Positions 37,769 to 46,818 of a DNA stretch of 60,105 bases are shown piece after piece. This DNA comes from a virus (lineage: Duplodnaviria; Caudoviricetes): positions 1 through 60,105 of IMG/VR virus record IMGVR_UViG_3300034027_000006. One strand, given 5' to 3'. The notes under the pieces were generated by a model. It ran no database searches and was not told where the DNA came from. It saw only the letters and a program-made list of their open reading frames with translations. Position numbers and translations under genes: made by a program. The first letter of the stretch is position 1; every line of letters starts with the position of its first letter.

Positions 37769-38785
37769 ATGGCTCCTTTTATCCCTTCGGCTCGCCCTGC
37801 AAATGTCCGAAAACTCACAACGACAGACGAGCAGTTAGCCTCGGTCTTTAATCAAAGCTGGCAAGGTCTAATAGACTATTTGCAGTATAACGCCAACAAC
37901 GTAGCACAGCTAACACAACAGATAGCAAGCATTTCTGATAACGTCACTACAATAGAAAATAACTATAATTCACAGTTAACAGCGCTGGAAGATGCACAAT
38001 CAGCAGCCTCGCCTATACTTGCTACCTCAACGCTGCGTAACAGTAACGTTAACACCTTAAATAGTAGCAATAGTAGTGCCACATCGAAAATAGCAGCAGC
38101 CAATACAGCTTTAACTACTGCTAACACAAACCTAACTAGCGTACAGAATAACTCACAGCCTTTTGATTCTTTCTTAAACGCTATAGCTGCTTTGAATCGC
38201 CCTATTAATTCAATGTTTGGCACTAACCTTGCGGGGTCGGCTGTCCTGTTTTCATCTAGCGGTCAAAGCTTCACTATCGAGATGGCTAGCGCAAGATTAG
38301 ATAGAGCTTCGGCTGTTGATGGTGGTGGATTGGCTACGGGTGCATTTTCAACAGTGCCACTCAATACCGAAGGGTTTATAAATACTAGAAATCAATTCGG
38401 CTTAGAGGAAGTAAACCTAGACACGACCACAGGTGCGATCGTTGTGCCTTGTACGGGCGGCAATTGCCTCTACTATGTTTTTTCACTGTCGAGTTTTTGT
38501 GGTATTGGCGGCGGTAATTCCAAAATAACTTTAAACGGGGCAACAGTAGCCCTTGGCACTACAGTACAGTCAATTTCTGGCCGTTCAAATGCCGCCGAGG
38601 ATTTTAACCAGACTTCGGCGGCTTTTGGAGCGTTTGCGGTAACAACTAACTCGCCAGAATTGAGAATAGAGGCGATCGCACAGGCAGTACACCCTAATCA
38701 AGCAAGCGCGGCGCTCGGTCGATCTGTGGGCGGCGGTGTCGAGCGTTATTCTAGTCTTTTGCTGTTTCGGCGACGTATTCTATAG
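37769..38785 (+). CDS. Tail fibre-like protein (paralogue 3)
   Basis: Same architecture as 35995-36999. Confidence 0.65.
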   Translation: MAPFIPSARPANVRKLTTTDEQLASVFNQSWQGLIDYLQYNANNVAQLTQQIASISDNVTTIENNYNSQLTALEDAQSAASPILATSTLRNSNVNTLNSSNSSATSKIAAANTALTTANTNLTSVQNNSQPFDSFLNAIAALNRPINSMFGTNLAGSAVLFSSSGQSFTIEMASARLDRASAVDGGGLATGAFSTVPLNTEGFINTRNQFGLEEVNLDTTTGAIVVPCTGGNCLYYVFSLSSFCGIGGGNSKITLNGATVALGTTVQSISGRSNAAEDFNQTSAAFGAFAVTTNSPELRIEAIAQAVHPNQASAALGRSVGGGVERYSSLLLFRRRIL

Positions 38786-39023
38786 AGACATTAGATTTGC
38801 GACCTCTGGATGGGCCCGCGAGTGCTTTGTCGCGGGTTTTTGCTGCTTGGGCGAGTATAGCCTCGCACTCTCTGCGGTCAATGATCAAACTCTTGACATA
38901 TACCGCTATCCCAAGCTCGATCGCTGTTGCACCTAGCCCCGATTTTGAGATCTTTAGCTCAGCGCTAAGGGTTTCGAGGTATTGATCGACATGATCCGGT
39001 AGTGTGACTGATAACTGAGCCAT
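38751..39023 (-). CDS. Ribbon-helix-helix (CopG/Arc-like) regulator
   Basis: QLSVTLP...YLE.LS....ISKS......AI; divergent from the 39234 operon. Confidence 0.75.
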   Translation of the reverse strand: MAQLSVTLPDHVDQYLETLSAELKISKSGLGATAIELGIAVYVKSLIIDRRECEAILAQAAKTRDKALAGPSRGRKSNVSIEYVAETAKD

Positions 39024-39233
39024 AACGCGCCAACCTGAAAAAACTTTTAAACGTCTAGATTAACCATATCACGCATATCTCACGCATTTTACTAGACGGC
39101 ATTTTTGACAAAGTAAGTGAGATATACTTGACAAGCTTTTTAGGTTGCGGTAGATTCTTGATATACACCAAGTCCGAGACTTGGCCCGGACTTTAGTAAA
39201 ATCTGAGGATAACATCATAAAAAGCAGGACAAG

Positions 39234-39449
39234 ATGAGCGGAAACATCAAAACACCGGATCAGTTGAGAGTAGGGGACAGGATCGAGGTTATGCCCGGTT
39301 TGGCGATCGCCGAAGTGACAGGAATCAAACAAGGTCGGAACCCAAACGAGACTTACCTCGCGCTCAACGGTGAAACATTGAAAGAGGCGTTAAGCTGGCC
39401 CAATACAACCGAGTTCACAGTAGTAGAGGGTGAGGTTAACTACTTATGA
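39234..39449 (+). CDS. Small SH3/KOW-like protein
   Basis: QLRVGDRI motif; first gene of the rightward operon. Confidence 0.6.
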   Translation: MSGNIKTPDQLRVGDRIEVMPGLAIAEVTGIKQGRNPNETYLALNGETLKEALSWPNTTEFTVVEGEVNYL

Positions 39450-39700
39450 ATGTACACGAGCTAAGATGCACGATCACCGTTTTAACAGGGTTCAAGTTAG
39501 GGATTCATCATCTGATTGCCGCAGGGTTTGCAAAAGTCGAACAATCCGAGGAATTCAAGGCATCAGGAACAGAGAGCAGGCTCAGCAAAATCCACTTAGA
39601 GTTAGACCACTATATAAACGCACTGGAAAGCGCTTTATATAGACATGAACACGGCGACGAAGAAACACTAGAAACCATCCGAAACAAAAAGGACTTTTAA
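39446..39700 (+). CDS. Hypothetical protein
   Basis: ATGA coupling; resembles the N-terminus of the next ORF (EQ.E.F.A...L..H..Y.NAL). Confidence 0.65.
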   Translation: MNVHELRCTITVLTGFKLGIHHLIAAGFAKVEQSEEFKASGTESRLSKIHLELDHYINALESALYRHEHGDEETLETIRNKKDF

Positions 39701-39703
39701 CTA

Positions 39704-40111
39704 ATGAAACGAGAAAATTTAGAGCTAGCCACGTCAGTCATTAAAGGAGCCGCAGCAGCTCTCGACATGATTAGTAGTGAGGAGTTGGTTAACCTAGAAC
39801 AAACAGAACTTTTTCAAGCCTTGACTTCCCACAATTTAGCTCAACTACACTCTGATGTAAGCAGCTATGTAAACGCATTGAAACAAGTCAAGGAGATTAT
39901 GGACAGAAACGGTGGCGAGCTTCCTAGCGACGATCCAAGTATCAAGCAGCAGCTTATCGATCTAGGTATGATCGGTCAAGGTTCAGGCGGTGATGATGAC
40001 ATCGAAGCAACCCCACAGAGTCTCGGCGAATCGAAATCTAAAGCTTATGACAATACAGAGTTTGATCAAGCCCTAATCGGCGCTGTTGGTTTTAATCCTT
40101 TTGCATTATAA
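39704..40111 (+). CDS. Hypothetical protein
   Basis: Operonic ORF. Confidence 0.65.
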   Translation: MKRENLELATSVIKGAAAALDMISSEELVNLEQTELFQALTSHNLAQLHSDVSSYVNALKQVKEIMDRNGGELPSDDPSIKQQLIDLGMIGQGSGGDDDIEATPQSLGESKSKAYDNTEFDQALIGAVGFNPFAL

Positions 40112-40213
40112 AGAGCAATAGCCAGCCCCTCGGCTGGCAAGATTTAATCCCTATTAGGGATTGCCTGCAAGTCAGGCAATGTAAAAAGCATCTAATCATA
40201 GGAGTCTAAAAAT

Positions 40214-40579
40214 ATGCCAACTCTAGCCCCATATTCGGGGTCGGTTTGTGTTGCTTACGACACGCAAAGAACCACAGATCGAGAGCAATCCGCCTCGGTT
40301 TCGATCGATGGATGGATGACTCGCCAGCAAGCCGCAGATCGAGTCGGGACTACTCCTCGCAATCTTTCTCGCTGGCTAGAACTCTTAATGGTTCACTCTG
40401 AAAACTTTTTCGAGTTCGAGCATCCGGTCACTGGGGGAGTTAACGGCAGAGTAAAAATCGCCGAGCATCACATCCCAGAATTACTTGACATTAAAGAGCG
40501 GTTTGCTCGCACTCATAGCACCGAATTAGTCCGCCTCGAATTACGCGCCAAACATTCGACACAAACTCAGGAGTATTAA
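40214..40579 (+). CDS. MerR/excisionase-like HTH protein
   Basis: MTRQQAADRVGTTPRNLSRW; AGGAG RBS. Confidence 0.7.
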   Translation: MPTLAPYSGSVCVAYDTQRTTDREQSASVSIDGWMTRQQAADRVGTTPRNLSRWLELLMVHSENFFEFEHPVTGGVNGRVKIAEHHIPELLDIKERFARTHSTELVRLELRAKHSTQTQEY

Positions 40580-40581
40580 AC

Positions 40582-41121
40582 ATGAACGCCGTTAAAATGA
40601 CTGTTGCAGAAGCCGCTAAACAGCTTAATGTAGCCCCTAAGAAGCTCTTAAATGAGTTAGAACGCCGCACCGCTGACAAAGGTATTAAATGGAGCAATGA
40701 GAGCGTTTTGCCCGATGGTCTATTTGAGCAGTTGAGCAAACTTTCGAGCGAGTACGTCCAACAAACAACACCGCCCGAAGTAGCCGGATCTATGACTGTC
40801 GCAGAGGCTCGGGAGATTGTCGCAGAGTCAATCGAATATGCGTTTTTAGAAATTGGCGAAAGCAACCTCGGCGCATTTGAATATCTCGGACAATTGACAG
40901 CCGCTCGACAAATTCAGTCGCTACAAACTGGCAAGCGCTCGGCTTGGTCGGCGTACTATCAATCAGAAGACGCGCTCTTAAATGGCTGCTTAGATCAAGC
41001 CGAAAAACTGGCTAAGGATTTTTTGCCAGCCGCTCAAAAAGTGCAAGCCCTGAAGGTAGGAATGAGCCAAACATCGGCAGCGACGAAAAACCGTCTAGCG
41101 AATATGCCCAAGCTGTCTTAA
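40582..41121 (+). CDS. HTH-containing protein with a candidate -1 frameshift extension to 41324
   Basis: MTVAEAAKQLNV HTH; in-frame T TTT TTG at 41019-41025. Confidence 0.7.
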   Translation: MNAVKMTVAEAAKQLNVAPKKLLNELERRTADKGIKWSNESVLPDGLFEQLSKLSSEYVQQTTPPEVAGSMTVAEAREIVAESIEYAFLEIGESNLGAFEYLGQLTAARQIQSLQTGKRSAWSAYYQSEDALLNGCLDQAEKLAKDFLPAAQKVQALKVGMSQTSAATKNRLANMPKLS

Positions 41122-41301
41122 ATCGCCCGCTAGCGCCAATTGCTTTTAAGCACAGCGGCGCTAGTAACTTTAAGGCATATCAGGACGGTTTAAAACAGAT
41201 AGCTAAAACACTCTGGAGCAAGTACGAACAAACCGACGATCCAGAGTTCGAGAAACTTTCAAAATCCTACTCTAACGCCTATCTACAAGGAGAGATCGAT
41301 C

Positions 41302-41451
41302 ATGTTGACACCTTCACACGCTAGTTATTTGTTAAGTCAAAGCAGCAGCAACAAACCCCCCTTAATCTACCGGGACTGGCTAGCTTTGAAAGTATCAGTT
41401 ACATCTACCGTCAAGACTGTCTGGCAAGCGTTACACACAAAAATCATTTAA
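41302..41451 (+). CDS. 49-aa small protein (not in ORF track)
   Basis: AAGGAGAG RBS; MLTPSHASYLL...WQALHTKII*. Confidence 0.5.
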   Translation: MLTPSHASYLLSQSSSNKPPLIYRDWLALKVSVTSTVKTVWQALHTKII

Positions 41452-41469
41452 CTTTAGGAGTCTAAGATC

Positions 41470-42315
41470 ATGGGTAGAAAAAGTAAAGCTCAACTAGCAC
41501 TAGAAGCGATCCAGAAGCAAGTCAAAGCCGAGCCGGAATTTGGAGGCGATAACGCGCTCGAATATGTCGAGACAGAAACCTACCAACCAGTGAAAGACTC
41601 GCCCGAGACAAATCAATCTCAAAGCAGTATTGACGGATTAGACGACTGGCAACCAGGCGAAACATATCCGGCAGGGGCTGAATGGCCATTACAGCAAACC
41701 GGGTCGATCGGGATTTCCCAGAATGCAGGCGGCGGGCAAACAAATTTTGGCAGAAACTTAAGCGGGCCGGCAAGTACAACGACAGCCCTAGATATGTCAG
41801 CTTTGCCCCTGAATTACAAAGTAACAATACCTACGGGGATTTTTGACGGGCTTTTTAACATCTCAGATCCGGGTGATCCGGGTGCATTTAGTGCGGCTGG
41901 ACTTAAGCGGGTCACAGAGCAACAGCGCGAGGCAGATAAAACAACTTACCAGGAATTCAAAAATTACCTGTTAAATGTTACCGACGGCCTCGGCGTAATG
42001 GAAACCGGAATGAGTGCAGCAATTGCTGCGGCTAAACTAGGTCAATCGGCTGTTAAGTATGCAACCGAGCGCGAAAAAATTAACGGTCTTCAGTGGGGCT
42101 ATAAAGCAGAGCAAACTAAGACGTTACAAGCAGAGCAAGCTTATAACGGCGAAGTTATAAAGCTTAACCACAGCACACAGAAAAACATGGTACAGGCGGC
42201 AATCTACAACACTCAAATCGGCAGTTTACGCGCCGACCTTCAGAAAGAACAGGAAGCATTAAAGCTCAAACGTGCTGAGATTGCCAAATTGATAGACGCC
42301 CCGGTTACTTACTAA
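41470..42315 (+). CDS. Coiled-coil protein
   Basis: AGGAG RBS; disordered N-terminus and long helical C-terminus. Confidence 0.7.
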   Translation: MGRKSKAQLALEAIQKQVKAEPEFGGDNALEYVETETYQPVKDSPETNQSQSSIDGLDDWQPGETYPAGAEWPLQQTGSIGISQNAGGGQTNFGRNLSGPASTTTALDMSALPLNYKVTIPTGIFDGLFNISDPGDPGAFSAAGLKRVTEQQREADKTTYQEFKNYLLNVTDGLGVMETGMSAAIAAAKLGQSAVKYATEREKINGLQWGYKAEQTKTLQAEQAYNGEVIKLNHSTQKNMVQAAIYNTQIGSLRADLQKEQEALKLKRAEIAKLIDAPVTY

Positions 42316-42414
42316 CCCACCATATATAAGCAAAATTGGGGTGCATCTACCCCTATTTTTTTTAACACTTTACCAAGTCCGAGCCATGTCTCAGACTTTC
42401 TCGGAGAAAAACTT

Positions 42415-44817
42415 ATGAGCGCCAAAAATGAAATTGCAAAATTCGCATCAGCAATCGGATCGTTAGGTTTCGGCGGTGTTGGTTTAGCGGCACTTTGTGG
42501 GGCTATCCCGGCCGCCCCGCTCGCGGTAGGTGGCATAACCTTAGCGGCTGGTTTTTTGTCGGGTGCTAGCTTTGTCAACTGGGGAGCGCAAGACGCGATC
42601 GGATTGCTAGAGGATGAAAAGTTAGAGCTAGGAGCCGAGTTAGAAATTGCCAAAAACAAACTAACAATTCTAGAGCGTGATTTGCTAGAACAATTAGCCG
42701 AAGTCAAGGCAGAAAGAGACAGGCACATAGCAGAACTAGACAAAACAAAGCTAGAGATAAAAGACGAGATATTGAGACTGAAAAAGAGTATAAAATACTG
42801 GGAAGATGGCAAAAACCCTGATATTTTAGAAGTGCCACCAGTCAAGCAGCTAGTCGAAACACTCCGAAACAAGCTGGCTGAGAATACTAAAAAGTTAGAC
42901 GATACACTCGCAGCACTAGCGCATCAAAAACAAGTTAACGAGGGGCTAGTTGTAACCATAGACGAGCTAGAACAAGCTAACGAGGATTTAGACGCTCAAT
43001 TAGCAAATACACTGCTAGAACTCGACAAACTAAAGCAAAATTTCAATTACAAATTAGAGGTCGAATTAAACCGAGCAATAGAACCTAGATTGAGCAAGGC
43101 AGTAGAGCGGGCTATCGGTAGGAAGCTTGCAGAAATAGCCAACCTAAAGAAGGCTATCGGAATGTTACAAAGCGAGTTAGATAATAAAGATGCGGTGATG
43201 CAACTATTAGAGCGAGAAAAGTTGCCAGAGATAGAAACCGCCTACAATAACGAGCTAAGCGCTCGCGATCAGGAATTGCTCAGACTATCAGGAGAAAACG
43301 ACGTTTTAAAACGCCAACTTGCAAAATATAACGAACCTCGGCATTTTGCCGGGTACACTTACCCCGATCAAGTGGGCAACCAAATTATCGATCACTTCTT
43401 TAACCACGGTGTGATATTTGATGCACACTGTACTGAGCTAGTGATCGACGGCTACACCCTTAAATTCAAAATCGATCGCAACCCAGATCAGACAAAACTG
43501 TCAACAGAGGAAATAAACAAACTCACAAATCAAGTCGGCTTAATGGGTTTATCTCGGAAGGAATTAAAATTTGAGTTGCACCCTAATGACTTTCTGGTTA
43601 GTGTCAATATTTACCCTGGTAGCTTTGAAAGTCCGAGACTTGGGGCGGACTTGGCCGCCAAGTCCGATCGAAATTTATCGACTGTAAACGGCAATTTTTC
43701 GGATGGATTGATCAATCTCAAGACGGCTAAAACTCCGACAGATAAAGGCAAGTCCGCCCCAAGTCCGATCGACAAACATAGACAAAGATTTGTAGATCTC
43801 GACTGCTACCCGAAGGATCAATTTGCAGAGCTAGTTAAGCGCCGAATAAAAGAACGCGCCCGGATAATTGCTGGTAGTGCTGGCGGCAAGTCGCCACTAA
43901 ACGAGATTTATTCGCTAACGACTGCGAAAATGTTCGCACAGACTCGAAAGAACGGGGCGATCGTATACTTTCCGAATCCTTTGCCGGGTGGCGATAAAGA
44001 CTGGTTTACAACACCCTCAATCGTCAAATCTGGCGAGGGTGGAGTCGCAAAAGTAGCCGAGTGTCTAGAGGAATTGCTAGAGGAAGTTTTGAGGCGATGC
44101 GCTAGCGGGGCCGAGTCCGACGAGTGGCCTTACATCCATCTGATGCTAGATGAAGGTAACATGATAGCCCGTTATTTCAGTCGGCAAGGGGAGCTAATCA
44201 AGCAAATATTGCAGGCTGGATCTCACGCCTATGTCGGGTTAGGAGCAAGCGGCCAAGGGCTAGAGATCACAGGCTGGAGCGGTGGCGGCGGATCACCTGC
44301 TAACACGCTGCGGGCTAACGATTTTATAGTCGGCGCGGCTCATATCCTGATAGACGAGGCGGCGCTGTTGTGGATCAACAAATATTTTGTCGGTCAGGAG
44401 CGCGAAGACCTTCGCGAGCAGTATTACAAGCTCGCCGAACTCTGCGAAGAGTTAAACGAGCAAGAAGGGCTAATAAACAAGCCAAATACGGGCGACGAGC
44501 GCATAGTCAGTCCTAACGCCTACCGATTCGCTTTCTGCACAGTCCCAGCGGGCAAACCCTTCTTTTTTCAGATCCCAAGTTACGGATCGGTGTCTATCGA
44601 GGGTTTAAGTTTTCCAGAAGGGGCCGAAGTAACATCGCGTTACCACAACGCCGAACAGGATAAGATCGACCAAAATAGCGATCGCACAACTGACGCGGTT
44701 TTTGCCGCGTGTCCGTACTGCTTATCGACTAACTTTAAACAAATGGAACCCTACAAGGACGGGCGATCTAGATACGTTTGCGGATCTCGCAAATGTCGCA
44801 AAAAGTTTAGCCTCTAG
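42415..44817 (+). CDS. Membrane-anchored coiled-coil FtsK/HerA-like P-loop ATPase with C-terminal Zn ribbon
   Basis: Two N-terminal TM segments, ~250-aa coiled coil, IIAGSAGGKS (Walker A variant), LMLDEG (Walker B), SGQ, CPYC...C....C. Confidence 0.6.
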   Translation: MSAKNEIAKFASAIGSLGFGGVGLAALCGAIPAAPLAVGGITLAAGFLSGASFVNWGAQDAIGLLEDEKLELGAELEIAKNKLTILERDLLEQLAEVKAERDRHIAELDKTKLEIKDEILRLKKSIKYWEDGKNPDILEVPPVKQLVETLRNKLAENTKKLDDTLAALAHQKQVNEGLVVTIDELEQANEDLDAQLANTLLELDKLKQNFNYKLEVELNRAIEPRLSKAVERAIGRKLAEIANLKKAIGMLQSELDNKDAVMQLLEREKLPEIETAYNNELSARDQELLRLSGENDVLKRQLAKYNEPRHFAGYTYPDQVGNQIIDHFFNHGVIFDAHCTELVIDGYTLKFKIDRNPDQTKLSTEEINKLTNQVGLMGLSRKELKFELHPNDFLVSVNIYPGSFESPRLGADLAAKSDRNLSTVNGNFSDGLINLKTAKTPTDKGKSAPSPIDKHRQRFVDLDCYPKDQFAELVKRRIKERARIIAGSAGGKSPLNEIYSLTTAKMFAQTRKNGAIVYFPNPLPGGDKDWFTTPSIVKSGEGGVAKVAECLEELLEEVLRRCASGAESDEWPYIHLMLDEGNMIARYFSRQGELIKQILQAGSHAYVGLGASGQGLEITGWSGGGGSPANTLRANDFIVGAAHILIDEAALLWINKYFVGQEREDLREQYYKLAELCEELNEQEGLINKPNTGDERIVSPNAYRFAFCTVPAGKPFFFQIPSYGSVSIEGLSFPEGAEVTSRYHNAEQDKIDQNSDRTTDAVFAACPYCLSTNFKQMEPYKDGRSRYVCGSRKCRKKFSL

Positions 44818-44875
44818 CCAGAGCAATGTAAACCGCGATCGGCACTGGCGCGGTCAAGCCTAGATCGTGCCAAGC

Positions 44876-45044
44876 GTACACACTTTTAACAAACCAACAC
44901 CCCGCAAGGCTTACAGCAATTTTCGATCTTATCCTGCCACACTTTTTCTGGCTTCTTTTTTTTACCGCGCCATTGTAAAGAAATTGTTACAAATCAAGAA
45001 AAACGTTGTAAGCCTTGCGGGGTGTTGGTTTAGCCAGTGTGTAC
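44876..45044. repeat. Long inverted repeat
   Basis: Perfect 25-bp arms at 44891-44915 and 45007-45031; outer 9-bp arms at 44876-44884 and 45036-45044. Confidence 0.9.
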
Positions 45045-45141
45045 ACTGTGTATCTAAGGGTTTGAAAATGGCCAAAAACCACGCCAAAAAACCGCGCCAA
45101 GTGTACACAAAACCCCAAAAAACCACTAAAAACGTTGAATT

Positions 45142-46083
45142 ATGAAAATAAAACCCCGATCGATACTCTCACGCTTGACACAGTTTTTGCCATTGCCGCC
45201 ACAGCCTCGGCTTATGATTTTTAACTGTGAAATAAAGCGCGCCCCAGAATACCCCGAGGACTGGCAAGACTACGAACTGCTAGGCTTAAGCGTGTTTGGC
45301 TGCTACTGCGACTGGCTACCAGAGAACCAACGCTGGCAAGTCTTTACAGAGGACAATAATTTTGCGGGTGTTCAGGACTTGATAGATCAAGCTGAGATAA
45401 TCGTCGGATTTAACTCTCTATCCTTTGACGATCGCCTCTGCAAGGCTCACGGCATTAATATCGCGACAACATTCGACTTAATGGTAGAGGTACGCCGAGC
45501 GGTCGGTCAGCCTTTATCTGGCCCGTGTACACGAGGGTATAAACTGCTACATATAGCCGAAAGCAACCTCGGAGCCAACTCGCCCGAAGTCCTACTAAAA
45601 GAAGCCATCCGTCCCGGTCAAGTCCCGGACTTGTGGCGATTAGGTGAACGAGAAAAAGTTATCACCTATTGCCTAAACGAGGTTTTCTTGACGTTTGAAT
45701 TGTATAAGCGCCGCCGAAAATTAGTCGATCCAGTAAGGCATAATCGATTACTGCACTGCGATCCAGATAGTCGAGACTGGCGAGAAATAAGGGCGACTAT
45801 CAAGTGGTTTTTAGCCGAGCAAGTCTTTAGCTTTAGTGTAGATAGGGTAAGCCATTGGCGGGGTGTGGACATCTTAAAAGCGCGTTTAGCCATAGCAGAA
45901 AGCGCCGTTTTAACCTTCCCTGTCTGGATTTTCCCTCAGCACGACTGGCGAGTATATACGGGATTACCCTTTAGACTCACTTCGCAGAATTCTGTCAAAA
46001 CTGATCGCCAGCGCGAGCTTGACGTGATTTATAAACGCCCAACAGACAGCGAGGGAGAGGACGCCGATCCTATTCCGTTTTAA
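45142..46083 (+). CDS. RNase H-like DEDD 3'-5' exonuclease-fold protein
   Basis: FNCEI, IVGFNSLSFD, YCLNEV motifs. Confidence 0.7.
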   Translation: MKIKPRSILSRLTQFLPLPPQPRLMIFNCEIKRAPEYPEDWQDYELLGLSVFGCYCDWLPENQRWQVFTEDNNFAGVQDLIDQAEIIVGFNSLSFDDRLCKAHGINIATTFDLMVEVRRAVGQPLSGPCTRGYKLLHIAESNLGANSPEVLLKEAIRPGQVPDLWRLGEREKVITYCLNEVFLTFELYKRRRKLVDPVRHNRLLHCDPDSRDWREIRATIKWFLAEQVFSFSVDRVSHWRGVDILKARLAIAESAVLTFPVWIFPQHDWRVYTGLPFRLTSQNSVKTDRQRELDVIYKRPTDSEGEDADPIPF

Positions 46084-46098
46084 GGCTGTTTAGGCACT

Positions 46099-46130
46099 AA
46101 AAAACCGCCGATCGTAGGATTGGCGGTTTT
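46099..46130. terminator. Bidirectional terminator
   Basis: AAAAAACCGCCGATC...GATTGGCGGTTTT. Confidence 0.8.
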
Positions 46131-46146
46131 CGACTTTTAGCGTGGC

Positions 46147-46590
46147 TTAATGGCGTCTATAAGGCTTGTATAGCATCATGTCAGCACTGACAAACTCAAA
46201 ACCCATCAATTTAAAAACTTCGACTCTTTTGTCAAAATGACCGTCGCTATGTTCTGGATACAAGCAACACTCTAGAAGCTCAAAACCGCCTAGCTCGTCT
46301 AACATATCAGCCCAAGCAGCCACAAACCAAATCCAGATCGCACGGCCGACGCTCTTGTCTACGGGTGGATTTTGCGGGGTATGTCTAGCCGTCGATCCGT
46401 TGACCCTTAAAAACAATTCGCCGTCATAAATATAAATCATTACGGATCGACCGCCGATAATATTATGCCGCCACGCTAGAAAAACATCATCTAGCGTTTG
46501 ATCCTCGTCTAAAAAAATCCCGCAATCCTCTGCAATGGTTAGCTGCTCAGCGAAAGTATACTCATCGGCGGGTTTTAATGTTTCAACCAT
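46147..46590 (-). CDS. Hypothetical protein
   Basis: 147-aa ORF; operator half-site upstream. Confidence 0.6.
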   Translation of the reverse strand: MVETLKPADEYTFAEQLTIAEDCGIFLDEDQTLDDVFLAWRHNIIGGRSVMIYIYDGELFLRVNGSTARHTPQNPPVDKSVGRAIWIWFVAAWADMLDELGGFELLECCLYPEHSDGHFDKRVEVFKLMGFEFVSADMMLYKPYRRH

Positions 46591-46709
46591 GTCTCGGCTC
46601 GCTTTGTAAGGTATGATATCTTATCCTACAACATACGACAGCTTTAATCCGTCACCCTGATATCAGGGTAAACTATGGCATTTTACTAACCTATAACAAA
46701 CACTGATCG

Positions 46710-46745
46710 ATCTTGTCCTGATAATCTAGGATAGGATGGTATAGT
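46710..46745 (+). promoter_or_regulatory. Palindromic operator plus extended -10 (copy 1)
   Basis: ATCTTGTCCT-8-AGGATAGGAT-GGTATAGT. Confidence 0.8.
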
Positions 46746-46818
46746 TAAATAGTTGGGGCGAGTCACAGCAACTGACCCGCCCCACAGATAAGTCGAACCC
46801 ACCGAGATTAAACTCATC

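Noticed and set aside
44867-45145. 92-aa ORF across the inverted repeat
   Set aside because: GTG start without RBS, low-complexity translation, and it overlaps a structured repeat region; probably non-coding.
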